From positions 224,001 through 288,000 of the forward strand of contig JBGAHS010000010.1 in NCBI GenBank assembly GCA_044226015.1: a stretch of DNA of 64,000 bases, written 5' to 3'. Origin of the DNA: Candidatus Obscuribacteraceae bacterium. GTDB lineage: Bacteria > Cyanobacteriota > Vampirovibrionia > Obscuribacterales > Obscuribacteraceae. Position numbers and translations under genes: made by a program. A model generated the notes under the pieces. It saw only the letters and a list, made by a program, of their open reading frames with translations, ran no database searches and was not told the DNA's origin. Position 1 is the first letter of the stretch, and the number at the start of each line of letters is the position of its first letter. Below, piece after piece: positions 9,847 to 19,214 of this stretch.

Positions 9847-12684
9847 TTAGACGCCTGTTGCCGTTCTAATTGCTGCAGCTCTGGCTGCTGGCAGGAATTT
9901 CAACATCTGATTGTATTTTGCAAGTGTTTTGGCTTTCTCACCCGGGTAAGTCTCGCCTTCATCTGTCCAGTCTTGTTGCTGTCTTTTCATTGTGGCGATT
10001 ATAGCGGCATCGTATTGTGCATCGGTGAGTTTTCCTGCGTTCTTCTCAAGGCGCAACATTTCCATTTCCTTGAACCCGTCTTCGGTGCCCTTGACCTTGT
10101 CCCACGCGACGTCTTTTTCGATGCTTGCCAGCGATTCAGCGCTTGTTGACGGACGCGTCGCTCCGTAGAGGTCGTGCAGGCTGACGCTGTGGTCACCAGA
10201 CTGACTCCATTGGTTGTCGATTTTGGCTTGGCCTGTTGCTGGGTCGTAGTCGGTAATTGTCACCACGTGAGCACCGCCAGCACCACCATTGGTACCTGCT
10301 CCTGAATCGGTGAAGAAGGGCTCGTTTTGTGCATCGACCCAAATGATTATGGGCATTTTTCCGTCTTTTTTTGCTTGCTCTAGCTGTTTGCCGAGGTCTT
10401 TTTCCGACTTGACTTTTACCGTATTGTTATCGCCAAACATGCCGTTGATAAAGACGAAGTCCTTTTCGTTCTTACCGGTGATGTTGTTACTGATTGTCTC
10501 CAATTCACTGGTTGGAATGTCAGGAGGGCTGATTGGATTTCCTGCTGCATCAGTGGCCGGTGTTCTTGGGGTGGTCGCGTTATTGAATACTCTTTCGCCA
10601 GTGTCTGTCGGTCCTGTTGGTGTCACTTGCTCATAGGTCAGCTGGCCTGGTGGTGTGGTTGCACGATTTAATCGATCATAGTAGTCGTTCACTGCGGTAA
10701 CCTGGAACACCTGGCTGGCGAAGCTACGTTGGTTATCTGGTGATGGATTGTTCACACCCTGGAAATCAGGTTGCAAGCTACCTGATGGTACCTGGACAAC
10801 GCGTCCGTCCGACATTTTGACTTGACCTGTAGTGGCGGCTTCCGTGACTACCCGAGCTGCTTCTGAAGGGTTGCGTAAATACATGCGGCTCTCTACCGTA
10901 GTCACGTTACATGTGCCGTGATATCCCTGGCGAACTTCGTTAGGATGGGCGGCTTGATGCAAAACCTGTTCGGCAAGCATGGTTCTGTCAGATTGCTTCA
11001 CCGGTACATCGCCCGTAGACTCGAGCAGTTTAGAAACCTGTTCATAGGTTTTTGCAATTTCCTCTGGCGCCATTGGCGGTTCTTGCTCAGCTGCACGCTT
11101 TTCGAACTCTTTCATGTCTTGCTTGGCTCTGTCTAAGCCAGCAGGGTCATTCTTGAATTTGTTTTCCAGGTCTTCGTTTAAGCGGGCACGTTGTGCTTCA
11201 ATTCTTTCCTTAGTATCTTTCGGCTCGTGACCGACTTTGTCGCCTTCATTATCGGCTATCTTGTATTTACCATCAGCCGTCTTAATCACGTCGTAGTTGT
11301 CTTCTGGCTTTGGTCCCCAGTGATGCTCTGAATAACCGCCGCCTTCATTAGGCTTCTTTACGTCGCCTGTGCCGTCAGCGTTTTCGTGGCGAACAGTTCC
11401 ATCCGCCCATGATGTGGTTTTGTTTCCATGATAATCAGTAACCTGAGTTCCACCATCAGCCGTTTTTTTAACTGTGTAGTTATCGGTTGGTTTAGGACCC
11501 CAGTGATTTTCGCTGCCATCAGGCTTTCTGGTAAAGCCTGTTCCATCATCACGATTGACTCGCTCGGTTTTGTCCTTCCAGGTCGTGACGTTTTCATGCT
11601 TGCCCTCGTCTCGAATGACAGTGCCACCGTCTGCAGTGTGTCCTGGAATTTGTAGCTTTTGCCCATCGAGAATCAGGTTTGGGTCCTTTATGTGATTGAG
11701 TTTGGCAATCTCCATCACATGTTTGTGGATTTCATCTTTGCTTGCGCCTGGTCCCAAGTGCTCTTTTGCGATTTTTGTAAGAGTGTCTCCTGGTTTAACA
11801 ACATGCTCTTCCGGAGGCACGTCCTTTTTAATTTCAGCGCCATAAAATGGATTGTCTTCTCCATAAGCACCTTTTGTAGCTTTCCCAGCCGTTTTGTCGC
11901 CGGGGGCTGTCGTAGTGTCTTTCGGCGGAGCGCCAGCATTGTCAGTTGTTGGCGCAACCACAGTGTCCATAGGGTTTGGAGTGGTTGGCAGCTCTGGCAA
12001 AGTGCGAGCATTGCTCATTTCGCCAGTAGGAATATTGAAATCCTTGTCCCCTGAGCTGGGCATCTCGCCCGTCGGAATGTTGAAACCCTTGTCACCCGGT
12101 TGCATTTCCCCAGTCGGAATGTGAAATCCCTCGTCGCCAACTGGAATATGGATGCCTTTTTCAGCGCCCGGAATCTCACCTGTTGGAATGTTGAAACCCT
12201 TATCTCCGACTGGAACAGATATGCCTTTCTCAGCACCAGGAATTTCGCCCGTAGGAATATTGAAGCCCTTATCACCGGGTTGCATTTCGCCTGTCGGGAT
12301 ATTGAAGCCTTTATCACCGGGTTGCATTTCGCCTGTCGGGATATTGAAGCCTTTATCACCGGGTTGCATTTCGCCCGTAGGGATATTGAAGCCTTTATCT
12401 CCAACCGGCAGCTGCATGCCTTTTTCCGCGCCTGGAATTTCGCCCGTTGGAATATTGAAACCTTTGTCTAGCAAGCCTGCTGCCTTTAGAGGATCCTGGT
12501 AAGCTGATTCCAGATTAAGGTCAATTTGCTTGGCAATGTCTGTTACAACTTGGACGGCAGTATTGGACGCTTCCTTTAATTCGTTCCATAGATTTGATGA
12601 TAACGACTTTGCACTTCTACTGGCTCTACTTGTGTCTTCTGTAGCTTGCTCAATAGGGCTGCTTGGTGATTCGTTGTCTGTCAT
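9847..12684 (-). CDS. Large LysM protein with N-terminal peptide repeats and C-terminal papain/calpain-like Cys protease domain
   Basis: LysM HVVKPGDTLTKIA...IAKLNHIKDPNLILDGQKLQIP; QGYHGTC, GAHVVTI and DNQW resemble the Gln/Cys, His and Asn sites of papain-like proteases. Confidence 0.75.
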   Translation of the reverse strand: MTDNESPSSPIEQATEDTSRASRSAKSLSSNLWNELKEASNTAVQVVTDIAKQIDLNLESAYQDPLKAAGLLDKGFNIPTGEIPGAEKGMQLPVGDKGFNIPTGEMQPGDKGFNIPTGEMQPGDKGFNIPTGEMQPGDKGFNIPTGEIPGAEKGISVPVGDKGFNIPTGEIPGAEKGIHIPVGDEGFHIPTGEMQPGDKGFNIPTGEMPSSGDKDFNIPTGEMSNARTLPELPTTPNPMDTVVAPTTDNAGAPPKDTTTAPGDKTAGKATKGAYGEDNPFYGAEIKKDVPPEEHVVKPGDTLTKIAKEHLGPGASKDEIHKHVMEIAKLNHIKDPNLILDGQKLQIPGHTADGGTVIRDEGKHENVTTWKDKTERVNRDDGTGFTRKPDGSENHWGPKPTDNYTVKKTADGGTQVTDYHGNKTTSWADGTVRHENADGTGDVKKPNEGGGYSEHHWGPKPEDNYDVIKTADGKYKIADNEGDKVGHEPKDTKERIEAQRARLNEDLENKFKNDPAGLDRAKQDMKEFEKRAAEQEPPMAPEEIAKTYEQVSKLLESTGDVPVKQSDRTMLAEQVLHQAAHPNEVRQGYHGTCNVTTVESRMYLRNPSEAARVVTEAATTGQVKMSDGRVVQVPSGSLQPDFQGVNNPSPDNQRSFASQVFQVTAVNDYYDRLNRATTPPGQLTYEQVTPTGPTDTGERVFNNATTPRTPATDAAGNPISPPDIPTSELETISNNITGKNEKDFVFINGMFGDNNTVKVKSEKDLGKQLEQAKKDGKMPIIIWVDAQNEPFFTDSGAGTNGGAGGAHVVTITDYDPATGQAKIDNQWSQSGDHSVSLHDLYGATRPSTSAESLASIEKDVAWDKVKGTEDGFKEMEMLRLEKNAGKLTDAQYDAAIIATMKRQQQDWTDEGETYPGEKAKTLAKYNQMLKFLPAARAAAIRTATGV
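12013..12471 (-). repeat. Coding tandem repeat, nine copies of D(K/E)(G/D)F(N/H)IPTGE (core unit 42 bp)
   Basis: Counted in the translation; three interspersed EKG(M/I)xxPV subunits. Confidence 0.95.
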
Positions 12685-13140
12685 GGGTTTATTTCCTGAC
12701 TAGTCTGATAGCAATAAGGAGAACGACGACGAAAGTTTGCCATTTAGGGCTGTCTTGACATTAAAAATCTCTGATATTGCACATTATGCAAATGGTCTAA
12801 GCAATTTCCCACGGACGCCTTGTGTCGTCAAGAGTGTTCGTTTAAGCTCCTTTCCTTCGTAAATAGGACTTCGGAGCCTTAGTGATACCGCCCTTGATGG
12901 CTGAGTTCTTCTTGCAAGGATTTGTAGTTTTGTCCGATATTACTGGGGTTTAGTCCCCGAGTAGTATTTCAGGTGGTGGCATTATTTCTGCTTGATATGT
13001 GCTTGATTAGCGTGTATGTTCATGAATAGGAGTTTTGTAGAAACTTTACCAATTTGGAAGTGGACGATTTTATCTGCCGCGATACTGGGTAAAAAAACAA
13101 CAATACTCTGTCCAGAGTCCGCAGTGTGGGGGGCTGACCA

Positions 13141-14355
13141 TTGTTTTCAAAGCGCATCCTTCAGGTTCTTGCTTTAGCTTTAACGCTTTCAACGTTCACA
13201 GGCACAGCCCAAGCCAGAGTTAGCTCGCATCGTGGCACTGTTCGGCATCATTCTAAGAGTCATTATTCTGTCAAGGCTCATGGGCGAGCTCACCATCATA
13301 AGACTGCGAGGGTGGTACCTGCAGCTCCGGTGCTGCATCCTGAAATTGGCACGCTTATTATGCGCGAAAACGGACAGGTCGTACTGGATGAGCTTTCAAA
13401 TGTTGAATTTAACCCGGCATCTGTCTCCAAACTCGTCACTGCCTATGGTGCAATAAAGACCTTCGGTATAGAGCATCATTTTAGAACTAGCCTGTTAACA
13501 GATGGTCAGTTGGATAGCGAGACTGGTGTTCTCAGCGGCAATTTATACATTCGCGGTACAGACCCTGATTTCAGGCGCCAGGACGCGTTGTCGCTGAACC
13601 AAGCTTTGTTTGATGCTGGCGTCCGAAAAATCAAAGGACAGGTTATAGTCAATAATCAGTTTTCCTATGGAACATCGCAAGATCCCGCATGGTCTGGTAA
13701 GTACCTGACACGGGTATGGTCGGCTATTCACAAAATTCCAGTGACTGGCGGCGTTGCTGTTGGCGATGTTCCCACTGTCGCGACCGAGCTGGGCTCTCAT
13801 GATTCTGAAACCCTGCGCGATACATTGAAAGAAATGCTTTGTTATTCTCAAAACAATGTAGCCGAGCAAATTGGCAAAGTATCTGGTGGCGTTTCGAAAC
13901 TAGCTGAGATAGTCGGCAAAGAAGCGAATATTGACCCTTCATCAATAAAACTAGCGACAGCAAGTGGACTGGGCAAAGGTCGAATTAAGCCGAAAGACAT
14001 GATGACCATTTTGCGTTCGTTGCGCGGCGAGCTGCAATCATACGGGTTAGATTTGCAAGACATTTGTCCAGTGGCCGGCGTTGATCACGGCACGTTGGAT
14101 GAGCGATTCACAGGTTCTGCCGAAAAGGGGAGTGTAGTCGGAAAGACTGGCTCTCTGCCCGGCACCGATGGTGGTACCAGCACGCTGGTTGGAATGTTCC
14201 GCTCGCAGAAAGAGGACTTTTACTTCGTTATCTTCTGTTGGAAAGGCAACGTTTATAACTTTCGCCACCAGCAAGACGAATTGATAAGGAAGTATCAGGC
14301 TGCAAATGGCGGACCCAAGCCTTTCATTTATAATCTTGCGCAAAGCAGTCTTTAA
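13141..14355 (+). CDS. dacB: D-Ala-D-Ala carboxypeptidase/endopeptidase, PBP4 (S13) family
   Basis: Signal peptide; PASVSK (SxxK), YSQN (SxN), ASGL, KTG. Confidence 0.88.
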   Translation: MFSKRILQVLALALTLSTFTGTAQARVSSHRGTVRHHSKSHYSVKAHGRAHHHKTARVVPAAPVLHPEIGTLIMRENGQVVLDELSNVEFNPASVSKLVTAYGAIKTFGIEHHFRTSLLTDGQLDSETGVLSGNLYIRGTDPDFRRQDALSLNQALFDAGVRKIKGQVIVNNQFSYGTSQDPAWSGKYLTRVWSAIHKIPVTGGVAVGDVPTVATELGSHDSETLRDTLKEMLCYSQNNVAEQIGKVSGGVSKLAEIVGKEANIDPSSIKLATASGLGKGRIKPKDMMTILRSLRGELQSYGLDLQDICPVAGVDHGTLDERFTGSAEKGSVVGKTGSLPGTDGGTSTLVGMFRSQKEDFYFVIFCWKGNVYNFRHQQDELIRKYQAANGGPKPFIYNLAQSSL

Positions 14356-14880
14356 CGCCTTACGGTTTTCGAAACGCCAGAGTGTTGGCACTCACAGGTG
14401 CAATCAACGCGAAGCCTTGAATATTTAAAGGCGGTGCTCCAAACCATAAACAGCGAGGTGCCCCGGGTTGTGTACACAGCCCGGGGTCTCATTTTCCAGA
14501 TGCGATCAAAGAGTGGGGTCTGCGTGTTTTACCTATCTGATGACTGCTGTTGCTCAGACTTACGTCAGTATGGACAGGACACTTAGGTCTGCTCTTTAGT
14601 CGGTCGTTCGTCGTCAGGAGAAATCTCCTATAACCAATATTGATCGTATCGAGAATTCCGGCATCGGTTTCTTTGGGGAGTAGCGCATCCGTCAAAGTAC
14701 CGATCAATTTGCATTTTGTTTGCCAGGCAACATTCCGCGAAACTGTGTGTAGCACTGCGTTAACAAAGGTAACGCAGTGTTCGACTCGAGCATTCAGAGT
14801 AGTCGCAAAATATGAATTTGATTCTTCACCATAGCTGACATCATCAGATCAGCGGATGTTAAGGCTCCGTGTGTTGCAGC

Positions 14881-14903
14881 AATACAAGCATTTTGCTTGT
14901 ATT
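14881..14903 (-). terminator. Perfect hairpin at the stop of the VirB6-like gene
   Basis: aatacaagca-ttt-tgcttgtatt; no clear U-tract. Confidence 0.5.
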
Positions 14904-17900
14904 AGGAGATGCCCTTGAAGTCAGATTTTGCGTAATTGAAGTTGTGTACGTGAGTCATTTGAGTCCGGTGTGATTGCTGAGTTTGTACCTTTGTTCTTGC
15001 AGTCTGAATTATGTGGGACATCGCCGAAGCTTTTTCTCTCTCACTTCCATTAATCGCGTCGAAAAGGTCGGTGTAGCTCTGTAGGTCTGTTTGGTGGTTC
15101 TGTGAAAGATAGCCTTCTTCTTGTGCTGTATTCATCGATGCTGATTTCAATGTTTCGTAACTGCTGGCAAAATCGCTGTTGGTTTCGTATGCAAGCTCCG
15201 CCGCATGTGCGATGAAATTTGGTGCCAGAGCGCAGCTTAAATCGGACTGACCACTCATTTCGTAGACCTTCATTACTTGCTCTGCTTCATGGCTGTTCAA
15301 ATTCCTAGACATCTCGCCATGGGCGCTTTGAAAATGATCATCCTCGAGTTCAGGGTGTAGCATTCGCGCTTGTGGATAGGTATAGGTTAGAAGCGCAAAC
15401 ACAGCTTGCTTTCGTCTGACAGGATGCATAGCAGTAACTGCTGCGTTTTGCATTGCCGCTCGCGTATCTATTCGAATAGGAATTCCACTCGAAACGAGAG
15501 AATCGGTAGCTGGTCCAATCTGTCTGTTCCATGGTGATTCGCTCGACTCAGGGTTTGCGATTAGATGCTCTGCATCATTAGCATCTGCCATCGTCCATTC
15601 TCCGAATCTTTCTCTCAGGTAATCGGTGTAAGGGTTACCTTTTTCACCGCAAATATATGCGCGCGACCCATCAACAGCTTGTTGAAACATTTCCTGCTGG
15701 AACCTTTGTTTTGCGATGCTCGTTGTGTTCCAGTTCGTTCCTGAATTACTCATCCAATTAGCACAAAGGTTTTCGATGAGCCCAGAAGGCTGATTGCCTT
15801 TAGCTTTAACTACTGCCGACCTTGCTGCATCAGCGGCTGCATCACTTGTAGATAAATTGTTAGCAAATGCTGCTGTGTACATTAGTTGGGTCAGTTCGCT
15901 GTTGCTGGCACCAGCAGCGACGTTTATTTTCTTAACACCATTGCTAGTGCTCCCTGTAATGCTTGTGGTGGTGGCATCCGTTGTTAATCCAACTCCGTCA
16001 GCGGCAGTAATTCGAGCAATCAATTTTCTAGTATCAACGTGTTTGAGATTCGGTTCATTCCAGCTTGCTGCTGTTGGTGTTTGTAGGCTGAAAGCTGGAA
16101 ACTTGAATCTGATCTCATCCTGAGTCATAGACTTAGGGGCTTCCAGCGGATTTGCCCCTTCCTCTGATGAAAGAGATTCTGCAATGTTATTTGGCTTGGG
16201 TACTAGCGGAGTACTTTGGGTTTCCGGGTAGAACTCTTCTCCAGTAGATGTCTTTGATCTTTGTGTTCGGCTTTGCTCTGTGTGAATCGGCACGCTTATA
16301 TTATTTATGGCGGCTGATTTTGTTTCGCTACTTTGGACTGCTGTAGTGTTTTCTTGGGATCTTAGCGCTGCGCCTGGTGCTCGCAGTTTTGAGTCAGTTC
16401 CATTTGGCAAGATTAGCTTTGGCGCGTTCTCGTCCCCATTGTGTTTATTACCATAGCCATTGGACGCTGGTTGCCTCTGATTCTGTGCGGGTCGATGGCT
16501 GACTTTGTTGGCGACAGGCGGTGTGTTCCGTTCCCATGAGCTGTTGGGTCTGGCATTGTTCAATGAATGAGTCATTTGGGGGGAACTCGAATTAGAGGCG
16601 AGCCCATTCAGAGCTACCTGTTTACTGGTACTCAGTCCAGTATCAGCAAATGAATCTTTGCTGAACCAATCAAAGCCTTGAGTTACGAGGGAACTTGTCA
16701 TGTTTCCTACTCCAGCGAAAGCCTTTTGAATGGTACCAAACGCCAGCCCGGGTGTTATGAAGTCTGAAACTGGGCTGATCTGTGCGCGACCTAAAAAGGT
16801 CGGTACTTGAATCATCAGCTGCAACACACCAATTGCGATGAGTGCTTTTCCGAGAGGGTCCGTATAAGTAAAAAGTAAAATGCTCAAGATTTTGAGCAGT
16901 CCTACCCAAATGAATGTCCATAAACTAGTTTCGACAAGTGCTTTAACGTAGCCCGTAGCGTAGCTTTCTGTGTCGGGAATGGCTAAGAACACAAGGAAGA
17001 CCGGTGCGAAGACATATTGTGCGATAAGAAGCGCTGTCTGAATTGCTTTTAGTACCAAAATGTAGACAAGCTGAGCGATGAGTATGCCACCGAGAATGGT
17101 GAATACTAAGGTACCGGCAAAACTGAATGTTCCGCCCACGATAGAGCCCAGACCTGCACCAAGTCCTAATTTCGCTAGCACAGGAGCAAATATACTCACA
17201 GTTCCGGCCCAAAAGGCTGTGACTCCGAGTCGCAGTGCTTCTGCTATCGTGTAATCAAGCATCATTATTTCTTGGGGAGTACTGGCGCTGATTGCTTTGA
17301 TCATCTCGTTTGAAATCTGAATTTCAAACGCATAGATAGTTGGCCAACCTAGCAGTAAGCCAGCTGTGAATATTAGCCTGCCGACCGGCGCCATCAGGTT
17401 TCCTGCCCCCTGCCAGGATGCATCTGCCCAAAATTTCCAGATAGATAAAATGAAGAGCAATAGCAGCAGGTCAACGGCAATACCATACATCAAGTCAGCT
17501 GCGGCTCTTATTTGTTTTGAAAAACCAAATGAAAATGGATTGTCCAAGCCATCTGTTGCGACGTTGGGATTTAGAACAAATATTCTTAGTGCCTTAGAAA
17601 GAAACTGAGTGGTGTCAGCAATCCAGCCTGCTGTAAGTTCCGTAAGCCATTTACCACCCAGCTGACCAATGTTGTTGAATAAATTTCCAACTATGTCGTC
17701 TTTGGTCCATTGATGCAGCCCTCGATAAATTTGATTTACTTCGCCAAGGCTGGAGTTAAGAATATTGTTGGCTGCTTGCTGCATAGCCATTCCTTCATTT
17801 TGCTCTGCGGCCTGTCTTGCTAGGGTGGTCATGACGGGTGACTTTGAAATGTTTCTAGCCGCGTCAAAAACATTTGGCGCATACTCTCCCGTTAAAATGG

Positions 17901-18141
17901 CATTCACACCTTTATCAATTTTGCCGATGTTTATGGCGGAGGCTCGTTCAACAGCTTGCGCTGAACTCATTGCATCGCTATATGGGTTGGGAATGAGGTC
18001 TGCTTCCGCTGGCGATTGGGATAGGGCAGGAATGGAAGGCAACAGAACCGTCATCATAATCAGTAATATCGGTATTACAGATAGAATGCGATGCTTTCTT
18101 AGAGAGACGGAAAGAAGACGGGCGATGAAAAATGAGCGCAT
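14902..18141 (-). CDS. Large VirB6/TrbL-like inner-membrane protein with long soluble C-terminal tail
   Basis: Multiple TM helices with LIAQYVFAPVFLVFLAIPDTESYATGYVKAL...WVGLL pattern typical of TrbL/VirB6. Start moved to ATG 18141 because the upstream 60 codons translate REP DNA. Confidence 0.7.
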   Translation of the reverse strand: MRSFFIARLLSVSLRKHRILSVIPILLIMMTVLLPSIPALSQSPAEADLIPNPYSDAMSSAQAVERASAINIGKIDKGVNAILTGEYAPNVFDAARNISKSPVMTTLARQAAEQNEGMAMQQAANNILNSSLGEVNQIYRGLHQWTKDDIVGNLFNNIGQLGGKWLTELTAGWIADTTQFLSKALRIFVLNPNVATDGLDNPFSFGFSKQIRAAADLMYGIAVDLLLLLFILSIWKFWADASWQGAGNLMAPVGRLIFTAGLLLGWPTIYAFEIQISNEMIKAISASTPQEIMMLDYTIAEALRLGVTAFWAGTVSIFAPVLAKLGLGAGLGSIVGGTFSFAGTLVFTILGGILIAQLVYILVLKAIQTALLIAQYVFAPVFLVFLAIPDTESYATGYVKALVETSLWTFIWVGLLKILSILLFTYTDPLGKALIAIGVLQLMIQVPTFLGRAQISPVSDFITPGLAFGTIQKAFAGVGNMTSSLVTQGFDWFSKDSFADTGLSTSKQVALNGLASNSSSPQMTHSLNNARPNSSWERNTPPVANKVSHRPAQNQRQPASNGYGNKHNGDENAPKLILPNGTDSKLRAPGAALRSQENTTAVQSSETKSAAINNISVPIHTEQSRTQRSKTSTGEEFYPETQSTPLVPKPNNIAESLSSEEGANPLEAPKSMTQDEIRFKFPAFSLQTPTAASWNEPNLKHVDTRKLIARITAADGVGLTTDATTTSITGSTSNGVKKINVAAGASNSELTQLMYTAAFANNLSTSDAAADAARSAVVKAKGNQPSGLIENLCANWMSNSGTNWNTTSIAKQRFQQEMFQQAVDGSRAYICGEKGNPYTDYLRERFGEWTMADANDAEHLIANPESSESPWNRQIGPATDSLVSSGIPIRIDTRAAMQNAAVTAMHPVRRKQAVFALLTYTYPQARMLHPELEDDHFQSAHGEMSRNLNSHEAEQVMKVYEMSGQSDLSCALAPNFIAHAAELAYETNSDFASSYETLKSASMNTAQEEGYLSQNHQTDLQSYTDLFDAINGSEREKASAMSHIIQTARTKVQTQQSHRTQMTHVHNFNYAKSDFKGIS

Positions 18142-18190
18142 GCGGCACCTCAGAATTGAATGCGTGTATATTTGAACTTGTGGCGGTTCA

Positions 18191-18705
18191 CCTTGGAGCG
18201 CGCCATCGTTTAATCGCGCCTGGTAGCGCGATGCGAAGTTGTCTGGGAGCGCCGCCATCCTGGCGGATTCTGCGAATCTTCGGACGATGATCTGACTAAA
18301 GCCGCTGCATAATCCAATCAATGCAGTTGCATGATCGGATCAAGGGATCCTACATTAGCTGACATAGCGATTATTGTGCTAGCGTACTTGTCTTTGAAGC
18401 CGGCCGGAGTCCGGCGCTCCCAGAGCGCTTGCAAGATCGATCAATGCAGGTGCAGGTCGGATCAAAGCGCCTGCAAGATTCGATCAATGCAGTCGCAAGA
18501 TCGGATCAAAGCGAATGCAAGATTCGGTCAATGCTGTCGCAAGATCGGATCAAGGCGAATGCAAGATCGGATCAGAGCAGGTCCAAGATTCGATCAATGC
18601 AGGTGCAAGGTCGGATCAAAGCATCGAATCAGCATTAGCTCTTATGGTGATTATTGTGCTACGCACTTTGCTTTTGAATCCGCCATGATGGCGGCGCTAC
18701 CAAGG
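18191..18705. repeat. REP cluster, including inverted copies at 18242-18270 and 18676-18705
   Basis: tctgggagcgccgccatcctggcggattc versus reverse complement ccttggtagcgccgccatcatggcggattc; further copies at 18191-18235 and 18397-18424. Confidence 0.7.
18431..18626. repeat. Intergenic minisatellite, nine ~22-bp GATC-rich units of two mostly alternating subtypes
   Basis: gcaagattcgatcaatgcagtc / gcaagatcggatcaaagcgaat. Confidence 0.9.
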
Positions 18706-19170
18706 AGCTTACTCCCTAGCGATCAGTGAGGATGCAGGAGCTGCGAAAAACAATCGCAGGGGTTCCTTTTGTTAGGTTTATTGTGTCTTCGAATAAAATG
18801 GTATCAAGACTTAGCTTAATTGAATTAGGCTCTCGGCAATTATCACGATACGTTGATTCAGACAGCATTCACATGGGAATGAAAATCAGGATGGTGCTGG
18901 GAAGATTAATTTTGACATGGGTTGACCTCGTTAGAAACAGTGTTCTTCAGAACACAAATATGAGAAGTTCATTATGGTGAACTGTGGCGAAATGAGCAAT
19001 ATCAAATTGTTGGCTTGCGTGGGACTAATCCCCCTAATTCGCGCTGTGATTTTGTAACTTGTTAATTCGGTACCTAACCACATCTTGCTTTGGCGACCAG
19101 TTAGAGACAGCTTCAGTCCTTTGTGCAGGTGCGTGAGTGGGTTGGTGTGGGTGCCGGTGTGTGTGTGGAT

Positions 19171-19194
19171 GTGTCGTGTCGTGTCGTGTCGTGT
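19171..19194 (+). repeat. (GTGTC)4 microsatellite in a G/T-rich tract
   Basis: gtgtcgtgtcgtgtcgtgtcgtgt about 20 bp upstream of the next start. Confidence 0.85.
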
Positions 19195-19214
19195 AGGTCG
19201 GGGGTGAGTTGCTC

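Noticed and set aside
18142..18321. N-terminal extension of the 1139-aa ORF
   Set aside because: Translates REP palindromes; ATG 18141 precedes the signal-like segment.
14902..18705. Integrated conjugative element or plasmid origin
   Set aside because: No integrase, relaxase, Rep or other vir genes, and no att sites evident.
18331..18729. 132-aa and 69-aa ORFs with Cys/Gln repeats
   Set aside because: Read-through of a 22-bp array that is not a multiple of three; no frame-preserving signal.
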